64,000 nt of DNA, from contig CP000069.1 in the NCBI GenBank assembly GCA_000002445.1, positions 160,001 to 224,000 of the forward strand, in the 5' to 3' direction. This document shows positions 1 through 12,105 of this stretch, one piece after another. The DNA comes from Trypanosoma brucei. Its lineage: Eukaryota. The notes below the pieces were generated by a model, which ran no database searches, was not told where the DNA came from, and saw nothing but the letters and a program-made list of their open reading frames with translations. The position numbers and the translations under genes were made by a program. Every line of letters starts with the position of its first letter. The stretch's first letter is position 1.

Positions 1-2033
1 TAAACATTCCACCTCTCACGCCCAATCCCGCAGCCTTTTGGGTACAAAACTGTGTTTCCGTGTGTGTCTGCGTCACGTTTTTCTTTTTGAATCCACTTAA
101 TGCTAGCGGTGTCTTTAAATATTTTTTCATAATGAGTGTTATGTTGCATGTGTGTTTGTATGTGTTGGGTGTTATGTGGGCTGTTGTATCTCTCTTCGGA
201 TATACAACCCTTATCACCCTCTGCATTGCTGATGTTACATGTTGTTTCACCAGTTGCATGCTTTCTTTCCCTTCACTCATTTGTGTTGCCGTAAGGATTT
301 AAGGTATGTGATTGCCTCCATTCCCTCCAGAGTGTGATGTCGATGCATGGGCTTAGTTATGCACTGAAACCCGCGTTGCCTCGCAGTATAACAAAGTTCC
401 TTCACCATCACAGTTATTGCAGCTTATACTAATTATAGTATTGTGAGGGAGTTTTGTAACACGTTCACTCTGTTAATATTGCTGAGCCTATAATATCCTT
501 CTGTTATTTACAACACTGTTTGGACACCCGAGGGGAGTGCAGAAATGCCGCTCCTTTATAGGGACAAACCTCATTTATCCGTATTTTGTGGTAATTCAAG
601 ACTGAACCCTTGACGTTTTAACTGTGTGATGAGGAGCTACGACGAGTTGTGGCGGGAGGGAGCGTCTACGTCGCTGCAGTGTGTAACCTCAACTGAGCAT
701 TTGGCATAACCTCTACATGCTTCCCTTTACATCATGTGTGTTTGCGTGCATGGGCTCTGATTGTTACTTGCGCATATCTGCCGCCCTCACTTGGGGCTTT
801 TCCCCCCATGCAGGAGTGTACGCACTGGCAGCCGCTTTGGAGTATCAAAAATACTGCTACGTGCTGAAGATATTATTTGGGAAGGGAACAAATGGAGGGA
901 AAGACTGTCGACCTTCAGGGGGAAAGGATAAACTCACCTGAATCGCAGCGGAACTCGTGCGGCTGCAGGCATCCAACCTTTTTCCCTCAAGGGCAATTGT
1001 TATCCCTGAGCGGGTTGTTTTATTAATTTTCCAGCCCTGTATGGCCGGAGTGCGTGTGGTCGCGATGTTTATGTAACTCCTTTTGTTACATCACTTTCCT
1101 TCTTTTGTAAACCCCCGTAGTCGCCGGACGCCTCGTGCCGCATGCGGGCCCGATTAATTTTTTGGTTTGGGAATGAGATTGGAGGTACAAACTCTGATGA
1201 GGCCCACTGGCTGATCGCTGCTGCGTTGCTTAGATGCGTTTTTATTATTCCTTACTTCTTTCCAACGCTACGTGGAGAAGGTGTGGTGACGGTGGCAGCA
1301 ACTGTTGGAAGTGCGAAAAAGAGGGCTCAATCATTTCAAAGTGGAAAGGGGCCCATTACCCGGAATTGAAAACTCATCTGATCGCGAACGGCGTTTGGGT
1401 TGCGACCAGGAAATGAAATTTGTGTTACGGTCCAAATACGAAACTTGTTGGGTGGACCCAAGGAAAGAAATAAAATGGATAAATACATGCTCTCTGCTGC
1501 ATGAGACCCGGAATATGAGGAAAATGGTGCGAATGGATGTGGAGGGTGTGTCTAACCGGATGAGTGAGTGACGACGCAACAACACGAAGATGAATGAAGG
1601 AAAAGGGAGGAGTGACAATGCATCCCAAAAGGCAGATGATTGATGTCATAAGAGGGGACCAAGTGTTTCCGCATGATTGCGGCGTCTGCAAGTAAAGTAG
1701 GGTACAAAGGAGAAAAAAAAAGAGAAAGCGGAACTGGATGAGATTCGGTTCTTCCGTCGCGCATGTTCTTACGCCCTTCTTCCACTGCATGTGCTATGCG
1801 ACATTCGTGCCCGAGGGGAAACTTTTCCTGTCTGCAAAGCGCCTTTAAGAAGTATATGAGAGGAACAACCAGCCAAGCAGCCACACAAAAGGCGAAGGAC
1901 ACAACAGAAATTATTAAGAGCCGAGACGCATTAGCCGAGGTAAACGCTGGCGGAAACAAAACAACAAACAAGTGACTGCGGCACTGAAATAAGAAACAAT
2001 CCAAACTCTTGCCCCACATCACACTTAAATACT
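1..2033 (+). repeat. GRESAG4-array intergenic spacer repeat, copy R1. Other copies are at 11366-13398 (full), 22411-23150 (inverted, partial) and 44517-44956 (partial).
   Basis: ORF-track peptides recur identically at offset 11365 (60..302 vs 11426..11659; 717..941 vs 12082..12306; 1142..1369 vs 12507..12734; 1305..1571 vs 12670..12936). The copy sits directly upstream of GRESAG4 copy 1, and every other copy begins about 0.55-0.6 kb after a GRESAG4 stop codon. That placement is what a tandem-array spacer looks like. There is no convincing coding potential. The copy may extend left of the window. Confidence 0.7.
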
Positions 2034-2261
2034 TCCTTGCAGGAAAGAAGCAGCAACGCACATGAAATACATATACGTGTTTGTGTGACACCATTACCTA
2101 CCAGCGTGTCGGTTGTCCCTTTCTATCATTTGCTCGCAATTTACAGTGACATCATAAACGAGTCGCCTCTTGCTACCTTGACGTGCCTTCATTGCTTTTT
2201 AAGCATTGTTTTGGTTTTGTCGGGAACTTGTTATAGCATCCAACTGTCTGGAAGTGTAATC

Positions 2262-2326
2262 TTACTGATTTCTATTTTCCCTCTTTTGATATTCTTCCTT
2301 AGGACATAAGATTTCACACACGAAAA
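2262..2326 (+). promoter_or_regulatory. polypyrimidine tract plus AG: candidate trans-splice acceptor region for GRESAG4 copy 1
   Basis: The sequence 'tctattttccctcttttgatattcttccttag' lies just upstream of the ORF. The same 5' region (2037-2326) is conserved upstream of copy 2 at 39900-40171. Confidence 0.4.
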
Positions 2327-2443
2327 GTGTCACACATTACCGAAAATATGAGTTGGCAGGAAGGTGGTGGAAGAGGATGTGTGTGCCCTCATGGAAACTG
2401 CAGGCGGAACCTTACCGCAAGGAGCCCTGCAAGGCGTTACAGC

Positions 2444-5400
2444 ATGTACAAGCACTCACCTGTCATTACTGCTGTATCACTGCTACACTTGTTGCCTTTG
2501 CTACTCATGTGGATGCCACCTGTGTGCGCAGAAAACGGTAATGTGACGGTAAAAGTGCTATCCATGATGTACAGCCTCGGTTTCACCACTCCTGAAGTTA
2601 ACGCCATTAATGCCGGCTTTGACGCATCACTGAGTGCCCACAGCTGGAAGACGGGCTCCGGTGCGACAATATCTGTCATCCGTCCCCCATCACCCAATGC
2701 GACAATCGAGGACATATTTCAGCAGGGGGTGAAACAAAGCAAAGACGAGTTATTAGTTGTATTCGGGCCCCTGGGTACTAATCACGTCTCGTGGGTCAGT
2801 GATAAACTAAAGGAACATGATCTTGTTGCCCTAGCTCCCGTTGCGTACTCCAGTGAGGTCCGTGGTTGGAACCCTCACCTTTATTTCATAAGTGTCGAAC
2901 CCAATGCTGAACTCCTCGCCCTCATTCGTTATGCTGTTGTTTACCTCCGTGTCCCACGAATAGGTATGATGCACGTGAAGAGCAGCACCGCCAGTATGGG
3001 ACCGTATGAGTTTACTGTGCAGATATTGGAAATGATGGGTCGCCATTTATGTGGAGTGTTCGTTGTGAAGGAGAGTGAGAATCAAAATATCTCTGAGGAT
3101 GATTTGAACACCAGGTGGAGACAATTTGTTGCTACGCGCCCACAGGCTATATTGTTGTTTTCATCCCTGGGTAATACAGCAAAGTGGTTCATCAAGAAGG
3201 TAGCACAGGACAACCGCACTGCCAATGCGTATCTTCTTTCTACTTCACTACAGCAAAATTTTTTGATCAACATGTGGCGTGAGGCATTGGTGTTAGCTAA
3301 TCGTACATTCACTCCTGGACAGCTAATCACAACTGGAACAGTGCCGCTCGCTAACGATACTCGGTTCTCACTGATTCAGCGCTTCCAGCGTGATGTGAAC
3401 AACTACCTGGATACAAACACTGACTGGAAGGGCTTTGCGAAACCCGATCACTACCTTGAGGACGACAACGCAGGTGAGATGATGGTGTATGGGTGGCTTG
3501 CAGGAGAAGTTCTCTTCCAGGCTCTGAATAACGCTCCACAGCTGACGAACCGTACGTCATTCATGGAATCTCTGTACAAGCAGCGTCGCTACGTGATTGA
3601 TGACCTTGTGGTTGGTGACTTTGGTGGTGAGTGCAATGAGGCCGTTGCATTACAGGGTGCCATGTGTAAATGCAATCAAGGTGGCAGTATGGTATATATG
3701 AAGAGTATAATGGATGGCTTCCGACCAGCGCCTTTGTGGGAGGGACATCTAACGTGGGGTGTATCAGAGTGCTCGAGTGCCAATGTGCATGTGGGTGCGC
3801 CATTGAGTGGCCTCTTTTTGCTTCTCGCAGATAATAAAATTGCATTACGTGCGAGCAGGAAGTGGTTCCTTGGTGCCGAGGTTCATGGCAAGGAAGCGGA
3901 GAATATTGACAATAGAATATTTTTCCATCCCCTAACAGTATCTTCAGAGAATGTGACGCAATCCCTTGAGCAAGTACAGGACAACAGGGATGTATCTGCA
4001 GTATTTGGTATCATGCCTGGAGGGCTTCTGGATCGAAAAGATTTAGTGTTCATCAGTCCTATGACACTTCGACCCCGCATGAAATTGTTTAGGAGAAACG
4101 TAATACACTTACTGCCTGTCCTTGCGCAGCAACTTTATGTGCTTGCTGTGTATCTCTCCAACACTTCTTCCAGAGGAGTAAATGCACTCATACGTAGTGA
4201 GCAAGCAGGGGAGATCAGTAGCCTGCTGTACAAGTCATTGGTTACGTTCGGTGTGCCGCTTGATTCCAGCAAGACACTTGGTGATGGTGACCCGATATCG
4301 TCATATCTCTCGGGTAATGGAGATGTGTTTACTATTGGACTCACTCTCACTGACGTTGCTGCGGTTGCGCGGCACCTTCAGACCCACCGCAGGGCGCGTG
4401 TATTCATTCCATTCAATGACCTTGCAATGTACTACGATGAGTTTGTAGCTGCGTTTAATGCGAGTAAAGAGTCTATTGCTAGCTCAGAGCGGCTCCTATT
4501 CGCGACGAGTTTTCCACACTGGGCAAAGAAGAACACGAAATCAGATGTGGTTGCAAGTTTCCATCGCATTGTGAATGAATCGCATTGGGATCCACTAACG
4601 TTCTTAGGTTTTGTTACCACTCGGCTGCTTCAAGTGATTCTCCCGAATATGAGGAAGGTGAATGCAGAGCTGCTGGCAGACCGCATTTACACGGAGTCCA
4701 ACATCAAAGTGGATGACATGCGATTTGGACCCTTCAGTGATGTGGAATGTGTTTCTGGTACGAGTGTTTCGGCAAATGAGTGTGCCTCAAACTTTGGAGC
4801 CACAAACATTTCTGTATGGTCGATGGCGCGTGTGCTGAATTCAAGTGTGCCCATATTGCAACGCGGCATGACACCGTCTATGGATTATATCATTTCAGGA
4901 GGGAGTCGTCTCACAGGGTCACAGATAGCCGGCATAGGTATTGGGTGTATAGCCGGCTTGATACCTTTTATTGCCCTTGGTGTGCTCCTACGCATCACCC
5001 TGCGGAATGCTCGTGATAACAATCTTGCACCCAAGGAACCAACTGACCCCGTGACACTAATATTTACTGACATTGAGAGCAGCACTGCGTTGTGGGCTGC
5101 ACACCCTGAGCTGATGCCCGATGCCGTTGCGACACATCACTATTTGATTCGTTCACTGATTGGGAGGTATAAGTGCTACGAAGTCAAAACTGTAGGGGAT
5201 TCGTTCATGATAGCGAGTAAGAGTCCTTTCGCTGCCGTCCAACTCGCACAGGAACTACAGCTGTGTTTCTTGCAGCATGACTGGGGAACAAATGCAGTTG
5301 ATGATTCTTACCAGCAGTTTGAGCAGCAGCGTGCGGAGGAGGACGAGATGTACACACCGCCAACTGCGCGGTTGGACCCTAAAGTGTACAGTCGTTTGTG

Positions 5401-6154
5401 GAATGGCCTGCGTGTACGTGTTGGAATCCACACCGGGTTATGCGACATCCGACACGATGAAGTGACGAAGGGATATGACTACTATGGGCGGACTCCAAAC
5501 ATGGCAGCAAGGACGGAGAGTGTAGCAAATGGTGGTCAGGTGCTGATAACAGGCTCAACATACCTGTCACTGTCGGCTGAGGAGCGTGAGCAAATTGATG
5601 TCACTGCACTTGGTGGTGTGCCGCTACGTGGTGTGCCCGATCCTGTGGAAATGTACCAGTTGAATGCCGTGCCTGGTCGCAACTTTGCTGCATTACGGCT
5701 GGAACGTGAAATCGAGGATGAAGAAGATGTTGGAACAGGTAGTAGCGCTAGTGAGTCGAGCTTTAATGAGTGTGGTTTAACTGCCACCGCTCAACAGGTT
5801 GCTGGTTGTATTGATGCCCTCATTGGCGCATTTCCAGTTATCCAGCGACAGAAGATGCTTGCAACATTTTGTGAGCGTTGGCATGTTAAGAAGCCCCCAG
5901 GGGTGGATGCTTGGAATGAAGCCAGTTGTCGCTGTGTTACCCGTCGGATTGCTGCAAAGGTGGGTTGTGTTATGGATTTTGGAACGAGGAGCTCCTCCAG
6001 CAGTGTGACATCATTGGAAAGGGGTGGAAGTCTCTTTTCACCTGGAGGAGCTACTGTTGCAACGGTTGCTTCATCTTCAAACTTTTCCTATGTTGAGGGA
6101 AAACGTGGCGCCACTGATTTGATTGACCTGGAAAGTGTTGGTAGTACCTGTTAA
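2444..6154 (+). CDS. GRESAG4: receptor-type adenylate cyclase (GRESAG4/ESAG4 family), copy 1. The track ORF opens at 2327; the likely real start is the ATG at 2444, immediately before the signal peptide MYKHSPVITAVSLLHLLPLLLMWMPPVCA.
   Basis: A 1275-aa ORF with four parts: a signal peptide, a large extracellular domain, one TM helix (IAGIGIGCIAGLIPFIALGVLL, about 4920-4990), and a C-terminal class III cyclase catalytic domain (LIFTDIESSTALWAAHPELM...KTVGDSFMIAS...GLRVRVGIHTG). This is the canonical trypanosome ESAG4 architecture. Confidence 0.9.
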   Translation: MYKHSPVITAVSLLHLLPLLLMWMPPVCAENGNVTVKVLSMMYSLGFTTPEVNAINAGFDASLSAHSWKTGSGATISVIRPPSPNATIEDIFQQGVKQSKDELLVVFGPLGTNHVSWVSDKLKEHDLVALAPVAYSSEVRGWNPHLYFISVEPNAELLALIRYAVVYLRVPRIGMMHVKSSTASMGPYEFTVQILEMMGRHLCGVFVVKESENQNISEDDLNTRWRQFVATRPQAILLFSSLGNTAKWFIKKVAQDNRTANAYLLSTSLQQNFLINMWREALVLANRTFTPGQLITTGTVPLANDTRFSLIQRFQRDVNNYLDTNTDWKGFAKPDHYLEDDNAGEMMVYGWLAGEVLFQALNNAPQLTNRTSFMESLYKQRRYVIDDLVVGDFGGECNEAVALQGAMCKCNQGGSMVYMKSIMDGFRPAPLWEGHLTWGVSECSSANVHVGAPLSGLFLLLADNKIALRASRKWFLGAEVHGKEAENIDNRIFFHPLTVSSENVTQSLEQVQDNRDVSAVFGIMPGGLLDRKDLVFISPMTLRPRMKLFRRNVIHLLPVLAQQLYVLAVYLSNTSSRGVNALIRSEQAGEISSLLYKSLVTFGVPLDSSKTLGDGDPISSYLSGNGDVFTIGLTLTDVAAVARHLQTHRRARVFIPFNDLAMYYDEFVAAFNASKESIASSERLLFATSFPHWAKKNTKSDVVASFHRIVNESHWDPLTFLGFVTTRLLQVILPNMRKVNAELLADRIYTESNIKVDDMRFGPFSDVECVSGTSVSANECASNFGATNISVWSMARVLNSSVPILQRGMTPSMDYIISGGSRLTGSQIAGIGIGCIAGLIPFIALGVLLRITLRNARDNNLAPKEPTDPVTLIFTDIESSTALWAAHPELMPDAVATHHYLIRSLIGRYKCYEVKTVGDSFMIASKSPFAAVQLAQELQLCFLQHDWGTNAVDDSYQQFEQQRAEEDEMYTPPTARLDPKVYSRLWNGLRVRVGIHTGLCDIRHDEVTKGYDYYGRTPNMAARTESVANGGQVLITGSTYLSLSAEEREQIDVTALGGVPLRGVPDPVEMYQLNAVPGRNFAALRLEREIEDEEDVGTGSSASESSFNECGLTATAQQVAGCIDALIGAFPVIQRQKMLATFCERWHVKKPPGVDAWNEASCRCVTRRIAAKVGCVMDFGTRSSSSSVTSLERGGSLFSPGGATVATVASSSNFSYVEGKRGATDLIDLESVGSTC

Positions 6155-7224
6155 TATCCTTCATGACATTGATGTATGTTTTGTTGTAAATGGATAATAA
6201 TGTTTATATAATATGTGCAAACTTTTTTTAGATACACTTCATATAGTGTTCTTCTAATACTTTGCTCCCCAACTTTTTGCGCATGCAATATTTCCCTCAT
6301 ATGTTGGGTGTTTAAATATTTTTATGCACAGGGATGCATTTTATTTCTGAAATGGGCACACCATTTTTTGATTGTAATATATGAAAGTCGTTAATTTTCT
6401 GTTTAACGTAGTGAGGGATGTGTGCATCCACGCCACCATTAATGCTTAAATTTTCGTAAATAATATCTTATTTAAATTTAAATTGCCGTCCGTGTGGGCC
6501 GTTGTCAAGTGAGGCGCTCCACCTCTAATGTGTTGTTAGGAGCTGTGTCCTTGCATTTAAAAATGTGTTTGATAATAAGGTGATGCCCATGAAGCGGAGG
6601 CTATAGCGAAGTAAAAGTGACCGCCGGTGCTTATTCCTCGCGTCTACCCTAATCTTTTTTTTTCATTCGGAGATGCTGGCTTGTAAGGTATCTCTTAATC
6701 ACCTTGCTGCATGTAACTATTTGCAATATCTGATACATGTGTATAACTTCCTTTATATTTCTCTATGGTTGCTGAAACTTTCCTCATATTCTCTCGCACA
6801 CTCTCTTTTACTCCTAGACAGTCAAGGAATATGAAACTGAGCAATGTCTGCCGTGATGTTGTGAGTTAAAATTTACAGTTTGAGTGTTAACTGTGACTGT
6901 TAGTGTGCTGTGTTTTTGTTAATGGCAATCCAGTTTATGATACTGTAATGTTCTATCTACACATTTACCCTTATGCCTAGTGATGTTATATGTTTTTGTA
7001 TCGGATACATGAATGATATGTGGGTGTATGGGGGAATGTGTGTTGAACTACTTTCTCGCTGTTATGGTTTGTGTAATGTTATCCACTACAGTAGTTCCCT
7101 TTCCCACGCTCTTACATATACATATGCAGTCTATTAATCTTGTACCAATACTTTGTTATTATGCCCTTTTTGTCCTGTAGTTTGAAAGTTGAATTACGTT
7201 GAGTTACTAGTATCACGGTTACCT

Positions 7225-10200
7225 CCATGCGTGAATTACATGCTAGAGATGGCGTAGTCACTTACGTAGTGTTTTTCTATGTTACTACAGCTGCTGGCTG
7301 AAGTATAGCTTGCAAATGGATTATTATGGGTAAGGGTATGCAACATGTTATACAGTGACAAGATCTCAGCAAAGGTATGTGATCCTATTATTGCAGGTTT
7401 CAACGCATCTATTACCAACGGGAAGTCGCTTCCGTGTGTCAGTGTGGCAGTTGCATATGTTCCGTCTCTGGATGACTTTGGATACGCCATCTGTACAACC
7501 AATTACGGTGATGAGTTTGCTATTATACTGGAATCTGTGGGTGACAAAAATACTCTCAACTTAACCAAATATTTCAATGAAAAGAATGCGTAGTTGATTT
7601 CTTACCTTTCACAGGATTCAGTAGGGTACACAGTTGGAATCCCAATTTATACCTCCTGGAAGCACCACTCGCCGTTGAGATGCTTGCTCTTTTCCGTTAT
7701 GCTATCACTCAGTTACGGTCACACCGACTGGATTTCATGTATTTGAAAGATGTTTCTTATGGTGATGATGAGTATAAGCTTGCTGCGTAGTTGGCAACAC
7801 GGATGAATCGCAAGTTGTTTAGTTGTTATTTTTTTGCATTGAAGAGTCAACTTGATAAGGAATCGGATAACAGGAGCTTCAGTGCGGAGTGTAATAAGGT
7901 TGCCGATACTGGACCTCAGGGAATGATTGTATTTGGTTCTCCAATCCCTGATATGAAGAGATTCCCCATGAAATGATTATATGACCACAGGACAAGAGGC
8001 GAATATTTATTCATACACCCTCTGCACTCCAACACGCCATCAAGAACAAGTGGGCATATAAATTGGGTAGAGACGAGTTTGTGGCTGCTAAGATAATAAT
8101 AACTGGGGCTGACCTAATTACGAAGGGTGACACATACAAAGCTGTCAGGCGTTTCAGAGATGATATGACTATGTTGTTAAAGGTTAATGGTAATAACTAT
8201 AAGCGCACAAGGTGGGATATTAACGAAAATAACTTCACCGAGCAAGACGCTGAAGCTGAGCTGACATTGAACAGATGGGTTGCTGGAGAGGTATTGAAAC
8301 AGGCACTGAGTTGTCACGAATAGCTAACTAGCAGGGGTGTATTTATGAAATCACTGTACAATAAACGTCGTTATCCAATTGATAATATTGTGGTTGGTGA
8401 CTTTGGTGGTGAGTGCCGTAATAAGGCGGGAGAGCGGGGTGTATCGTGTTTACGTAACCAAGGTGGGAGTGTGATGTGCGTGAAGAAGGTGGAAAAGGAT
8501 CTCCATCTGCACCCTATGAAGGAAGCTATATTAACCCTTGGTTCATCTCGCTGTTATCGAGACCTGCCACAGTTGTAGGGCCCATTGAGTGGGGTCATGT
8601 TTAATATAACCGATGACCCAAAGGCACTGCGTACTGCATAGATGGTATACGATGGTGTCCCTCATGTTGTTGGCAAAGGTCAGCTGGGTCACTCTGATAG
8701 TTTCTTTTTACACTGACTATCCTCGAAATCTTACGAAACTTGTGCAACTCTGTATAATGATGTTGAGAAACGAGTTGTAACTGCTGTGCTTGGTGTCGTG
8801 GATAATTCGTTACTACGGACGAAGGGTATGGCATTCATCGATCCTATAATACTCACATCACAACCGAGTAACCCCAGAAGGAATGTGATCCACCTGTTAC
8901 CAACAAATGAGCAGCAGTTATTTATGATAGTTGAGCATATTATACAAAATGGTGCAGGAAGGATGCATTTCATTGTGTGTCGTGGTGGTGATACGAGAGG
9001 AATTAGGAATATGTTGCAAAAACACTTGACAACTTTAACACATCACTAAGCTTCTTTGTTGCGAGTGGTGAAGGTCCTATTTTGAGAGACAAGCTGTCAA
9101 CTGCATGTGAGGTATTGGTTGTAGGTCTTATCCCATATAATATCCCCATAATCCTCTTTCACCCTAACAAACACCGTAATGCGCACGTCTTCGTCCTGTT
9201 CTTCGATGATGCACCAATCCACGGCGAACTCGTGAGTGCCTTCCATGAAGAGCCATTTTCTAACCGCTTGCTATTCGCAACGAATCTGTCACATCGGAGG
9301 GATAAGATCACGGAGTCCAAAACAGTACGTGAGTTCCGCAAGATCGTGCAGAATGAGTCGAAGTGGAAGCCGTTGTCACTACTTGGGTCTGCCATCGCAT
9401 ACGCAATGGGAAGTGTCCTGCAATGTATGGGTCGTTTGGAGACAAGTGTACGAACGAAACTTGACTTGAGGCGAAGCACTGTTGTCAACTGTGGTGCGAT
9501 GCATATTTTTGTATGGTCGATGTCACATGTTCTAAACCCTTTTGTGTCCTCTGCGCTGTCGTCTGCCACACTGTCAGTGACCTATGATGAACCGAGATGG
9601 ATCCAACAGATAACTGAGCAAATTGCCGCTATTGCAGTTGGCTTCGTCGTAATCTTGGTGCCGCTTGTTACGGTTCTTGTGGTTGTTATATTAGCAACAC
9701 ACCGGAATGCTCGTGATAACAATCTTGCACCCAAGGAACAAACTGACCCCGTGACACTAATATTTACTGACATTGAGAGCAGCACTGCGTTGTGGGCTGC
9801 ACACCCTGAACTGATGCCTGTTGCCGTTGCAACACATCACTATTTGATTCGTTCACTGATTGGGAGGTATAAGTGCTACGAAGTCAAAACTGTAGGGGAT
9901 TCGTTCATGATAGCGAGTAAGAGTCCTTTCGCTGCCGTCCAACTCGCACAGGAACTACAGCTGTGTTTCTTGCAGCATGACTGGGGAACAAATGCAGTTG
10001 ATGATTCCTACTGGGAATTTGAGCAGCAGCGTGCGGAGGAGGACGAGAAGTACACACCGCCAACTGCGCGGTTGGACCTCAAAGTGTACAGTCGTTTGTG
10101 GAATGGCCTGCGTGTACGTGTTGGAATTCACACCGGGTTGTGCGATATCCGACACGATGAAGTGACGAAGGGATATGACTACTATGGGCGGACTCCAAAC

Positions 10201-12105
10201 ATGGCAGCAAGGACGGAGAGTGTAGCAAATGGTGGTCAGGTGCTGATAACGCATGAGGTTTACATGTCATTTTCAGCTGAGGAGCGTGAGCAAATTGATG
10301 TCACTGCACTTGGTGATGTTGCACTTCGTGGCGTGAATGATCATGTGGAAATGTACCAGTTGAATGCCGTGCCTGGTCGCAACTTTGCTGCATTACGGCT
10401 GGAACGTGAACTCTTTGATGAAGACGAGGATGGCACGACAACCTCCACCAGCGACCACAGTTCTTCACGTGCGGAGCTGAGTGAATCAGCACAATCGATA
10501 TTGAACTCACTGCAGTCTGTTTTCCGAACTTTTAAAGCAGCGCAACGGGGGAGTCTTCTGGCGTCGCTTTGTGAGCGTTGGCGTGTGCCTCTTCCCCGTG
10601 AAGCTGCATTCGAGTGGGATGACGCCTACTGTGAGGAAGTGGTGCGTCGCATTGCAGTTAAGGTTGGGCGTGTCGCTGACCGTAGCGCTCAAAGTGGAAG
10701 CAGTGAAGCTTCTGTGAGTACTGAAGAGGGCTCAATCATAATTGTTCCATTCGTTGGTTCACATTTCAGAGAAGGCCACTTTGGGTGTTCGCTTCCGTCG
10801 TTACATTAGTGGTAGTGTTGCACGTCATAAAGCGTACAAATCTCTTAGTTTTACTCGGCGGAAAAGTTAATTAGCATACCGATTGTAGTAGTTGTTAGTG
10901 AATTTTAACGTAGTCTCGGTAGGGTTTGTCTTTTGTATCTATTTTTATCTTTTGCCATCTATTTATTATTACATTTTTTACATTCTATTTTTGGTGGCTG
11001 CTGCCTCTGCATTAAAGCACATACTAATCTTAAGAGGGAACATGCCCTCTGTTAGATTACACATGCGTTGTCTTTCAAGACACTGAATTAACACATGCAT
11101 GTGTTTTGCCGTGTCAGCGCCGGTTGGTTTCTTACTGTTCCAAATCCGACACTTATGGAAGACAGGACGGCTCAACATTTCTTCTAATTTAACCAAAACG
11201 TTTTTGTTCTGTGAGTAATCACAAAATGGGATTAGCTATGTACTTTCCCTAAGGGCTCTCTTTTTTATTTGTGTCCTTGCCATTTGAGGCTTTAAGAAAA
11301 GTAAGGTGAAACATTTCTTTTTCAACACGTCTGTCCTTAAGCGTGCGAGTGCATGACTATTTTTTTTAAACATTCCACCTCTCACGCCCAATCCCGCAGC
11401 CTTTCGGGTACAAAACTGTGTTTCCGTGTGTGTCTGCGTCACGTTTTTCTTTTTGAATCCACTTAATGCTAGCGGTGTCTTTAAATATTTTTTCATAATG
11501 AGTGTTATGTTGCATGTGTGTATGTATGTGTTGGGTGTTATGTGGGCTGTTGTATCTCTCTCTTCGGATATACAACCCTTATCACCCTCTGCATTGATGT
11601 TACATGTTGTTTCACCAGTTGCATGCTTTTTTCCCCTTCACTCATTTGTGTTGCCGTAAGGATTTAAGGTATGCGATTGCCTCCATTCCCTCCAGAGTGT
11701 GATGTCGATGCATGGGCTTAGTTATGCACTGAAACCCGCGTTGCCTCGCAGTATAACAAAGTTCCTTCACCATCACAGTTATTGCAGCTTATACTAATTA
11801 TAGTATTGTGAGGGAGTTTTGTAACACGTTCACTCTGTTAATATTGCTGAGCCTATAATATCCTTCTGTTATTTACAACACTGTTTGGACACCCGAGGGG
11901 AGTGCAGAAATGCCGCTCCTTTATAGGGACAAACCTCATTTATCCGTATTTTGTGGTAATTCAAGACTGAACCCTTGACGTTTTAACTGTGTGATGAGGA
12001 GCTACGACGAGTTGTGGCGGGAGGGAGCGTCTACGTCGCTGCAGTGTGTAACCTCAACTGAGCATTTGGCATAACCTCTACATGCTTCCCTTTACATCAT
12101 GTGTG
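7225..12105. repeat. left arm of a large inverted repeat, about 4.88 kb; the partner arm is 22411-27295
   Basis: Every ORF in 7236-11659 has a mirror copy on the opposite strand with coordinate sum about 34516-34520 (7236..7502(-) vs 27018..27284(+); 9082..10809(+) vs 23707..25434(-); 11426..11659(+) vs 22854..23090(-)). Similarity is lost left of about 7225 (vs 27295) and right of about 12105 (vs 22411). Confidence 0.85.
7340..10809 (+). pseudogene. GRESAG4/ESAG4 adenylate cyclase pseudogene. The N-terminal domain is fragmented over at least 4 frames. The C-terminal TM plus catalytic region survives as an intact 575-aa ORF at 9082..10809.
   Basis: Consecutive ORFs in different frames align in order to the N-terminal domain of copy 1: 7345..7593 (IIAGFNASIT ~ INAGFDASLS), 7620-7760 (LAVEMLALFRYAITQLR ~ NAELLALIRYAVVYLR), 8063..8323 (WVAGEVLKQAL ~ WLAGEVLFQAL), 8345..8578 (YNKRRYPIDNIVVGDFGGEC ~ YKQRRYVIDDLVVGDFGGEC) and 8786..9049 (RRNVIHLLP). 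The 9082..10809 ORF is then about 95% identical to the copy-1 catalytic domain. No signal peptide or 5' end is present. Confidence 0.8.

Noticed and set aside
60-1571. Small ORFs inside the R spacer (60..302, 717..941, 1142..1369, 1305..1571), which recur in every R copy
   Set aside because: They recur because the DNA is repeated, not because they are conserved as proteins. They overlap in several frames, have no recognisable domains or trypanosome-like codon bias, and lie in the expected intergenic spacer of a GRESAG4 array.
1-2033. R element as a RIME/ingi-type retroposon
   Set aside because: No poly-A tail, target-site duplication or reverse-transcriptase coding potential was seen. Its fixed position relative to GRESAG4 stops fits an array spacer better. 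It was not compared to consensus sequences, so this rejection is provisional.
2327-2443. 39-aa N-terminal extension of the GRESAG4 ORFs (MSHITENMSWQEGGGRG...), also 40172-40288
   Set aside because: It precedes a textbook signal peptide that begins at an internal ATG. It is most likely 5' UTR read through by the ORF finder.
2437-5787. Antisense ORFs of 60-100 aa inside the GRESAG4 genes (e.g. 2437..2715(-), 3561..3845(-), 5536..5787(-)) and their counterparts in copy 2
   Set aside because: Fully overlapped by a strongly supported sense gene. Their presence in both copies just reflects gene duplication.
9082-10809. Intact 575-aa TM plus catalytic-domain ORF as a possible stand-alone truncated cyclase (and its mirror at 23707..25434)
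   Set aside because: It lacks a signal peptide and ectodomain. It is directly preceded by frameshifted fragments of that ectodomain in the correct order, so it is best read as the surviving part of a pseudogene.
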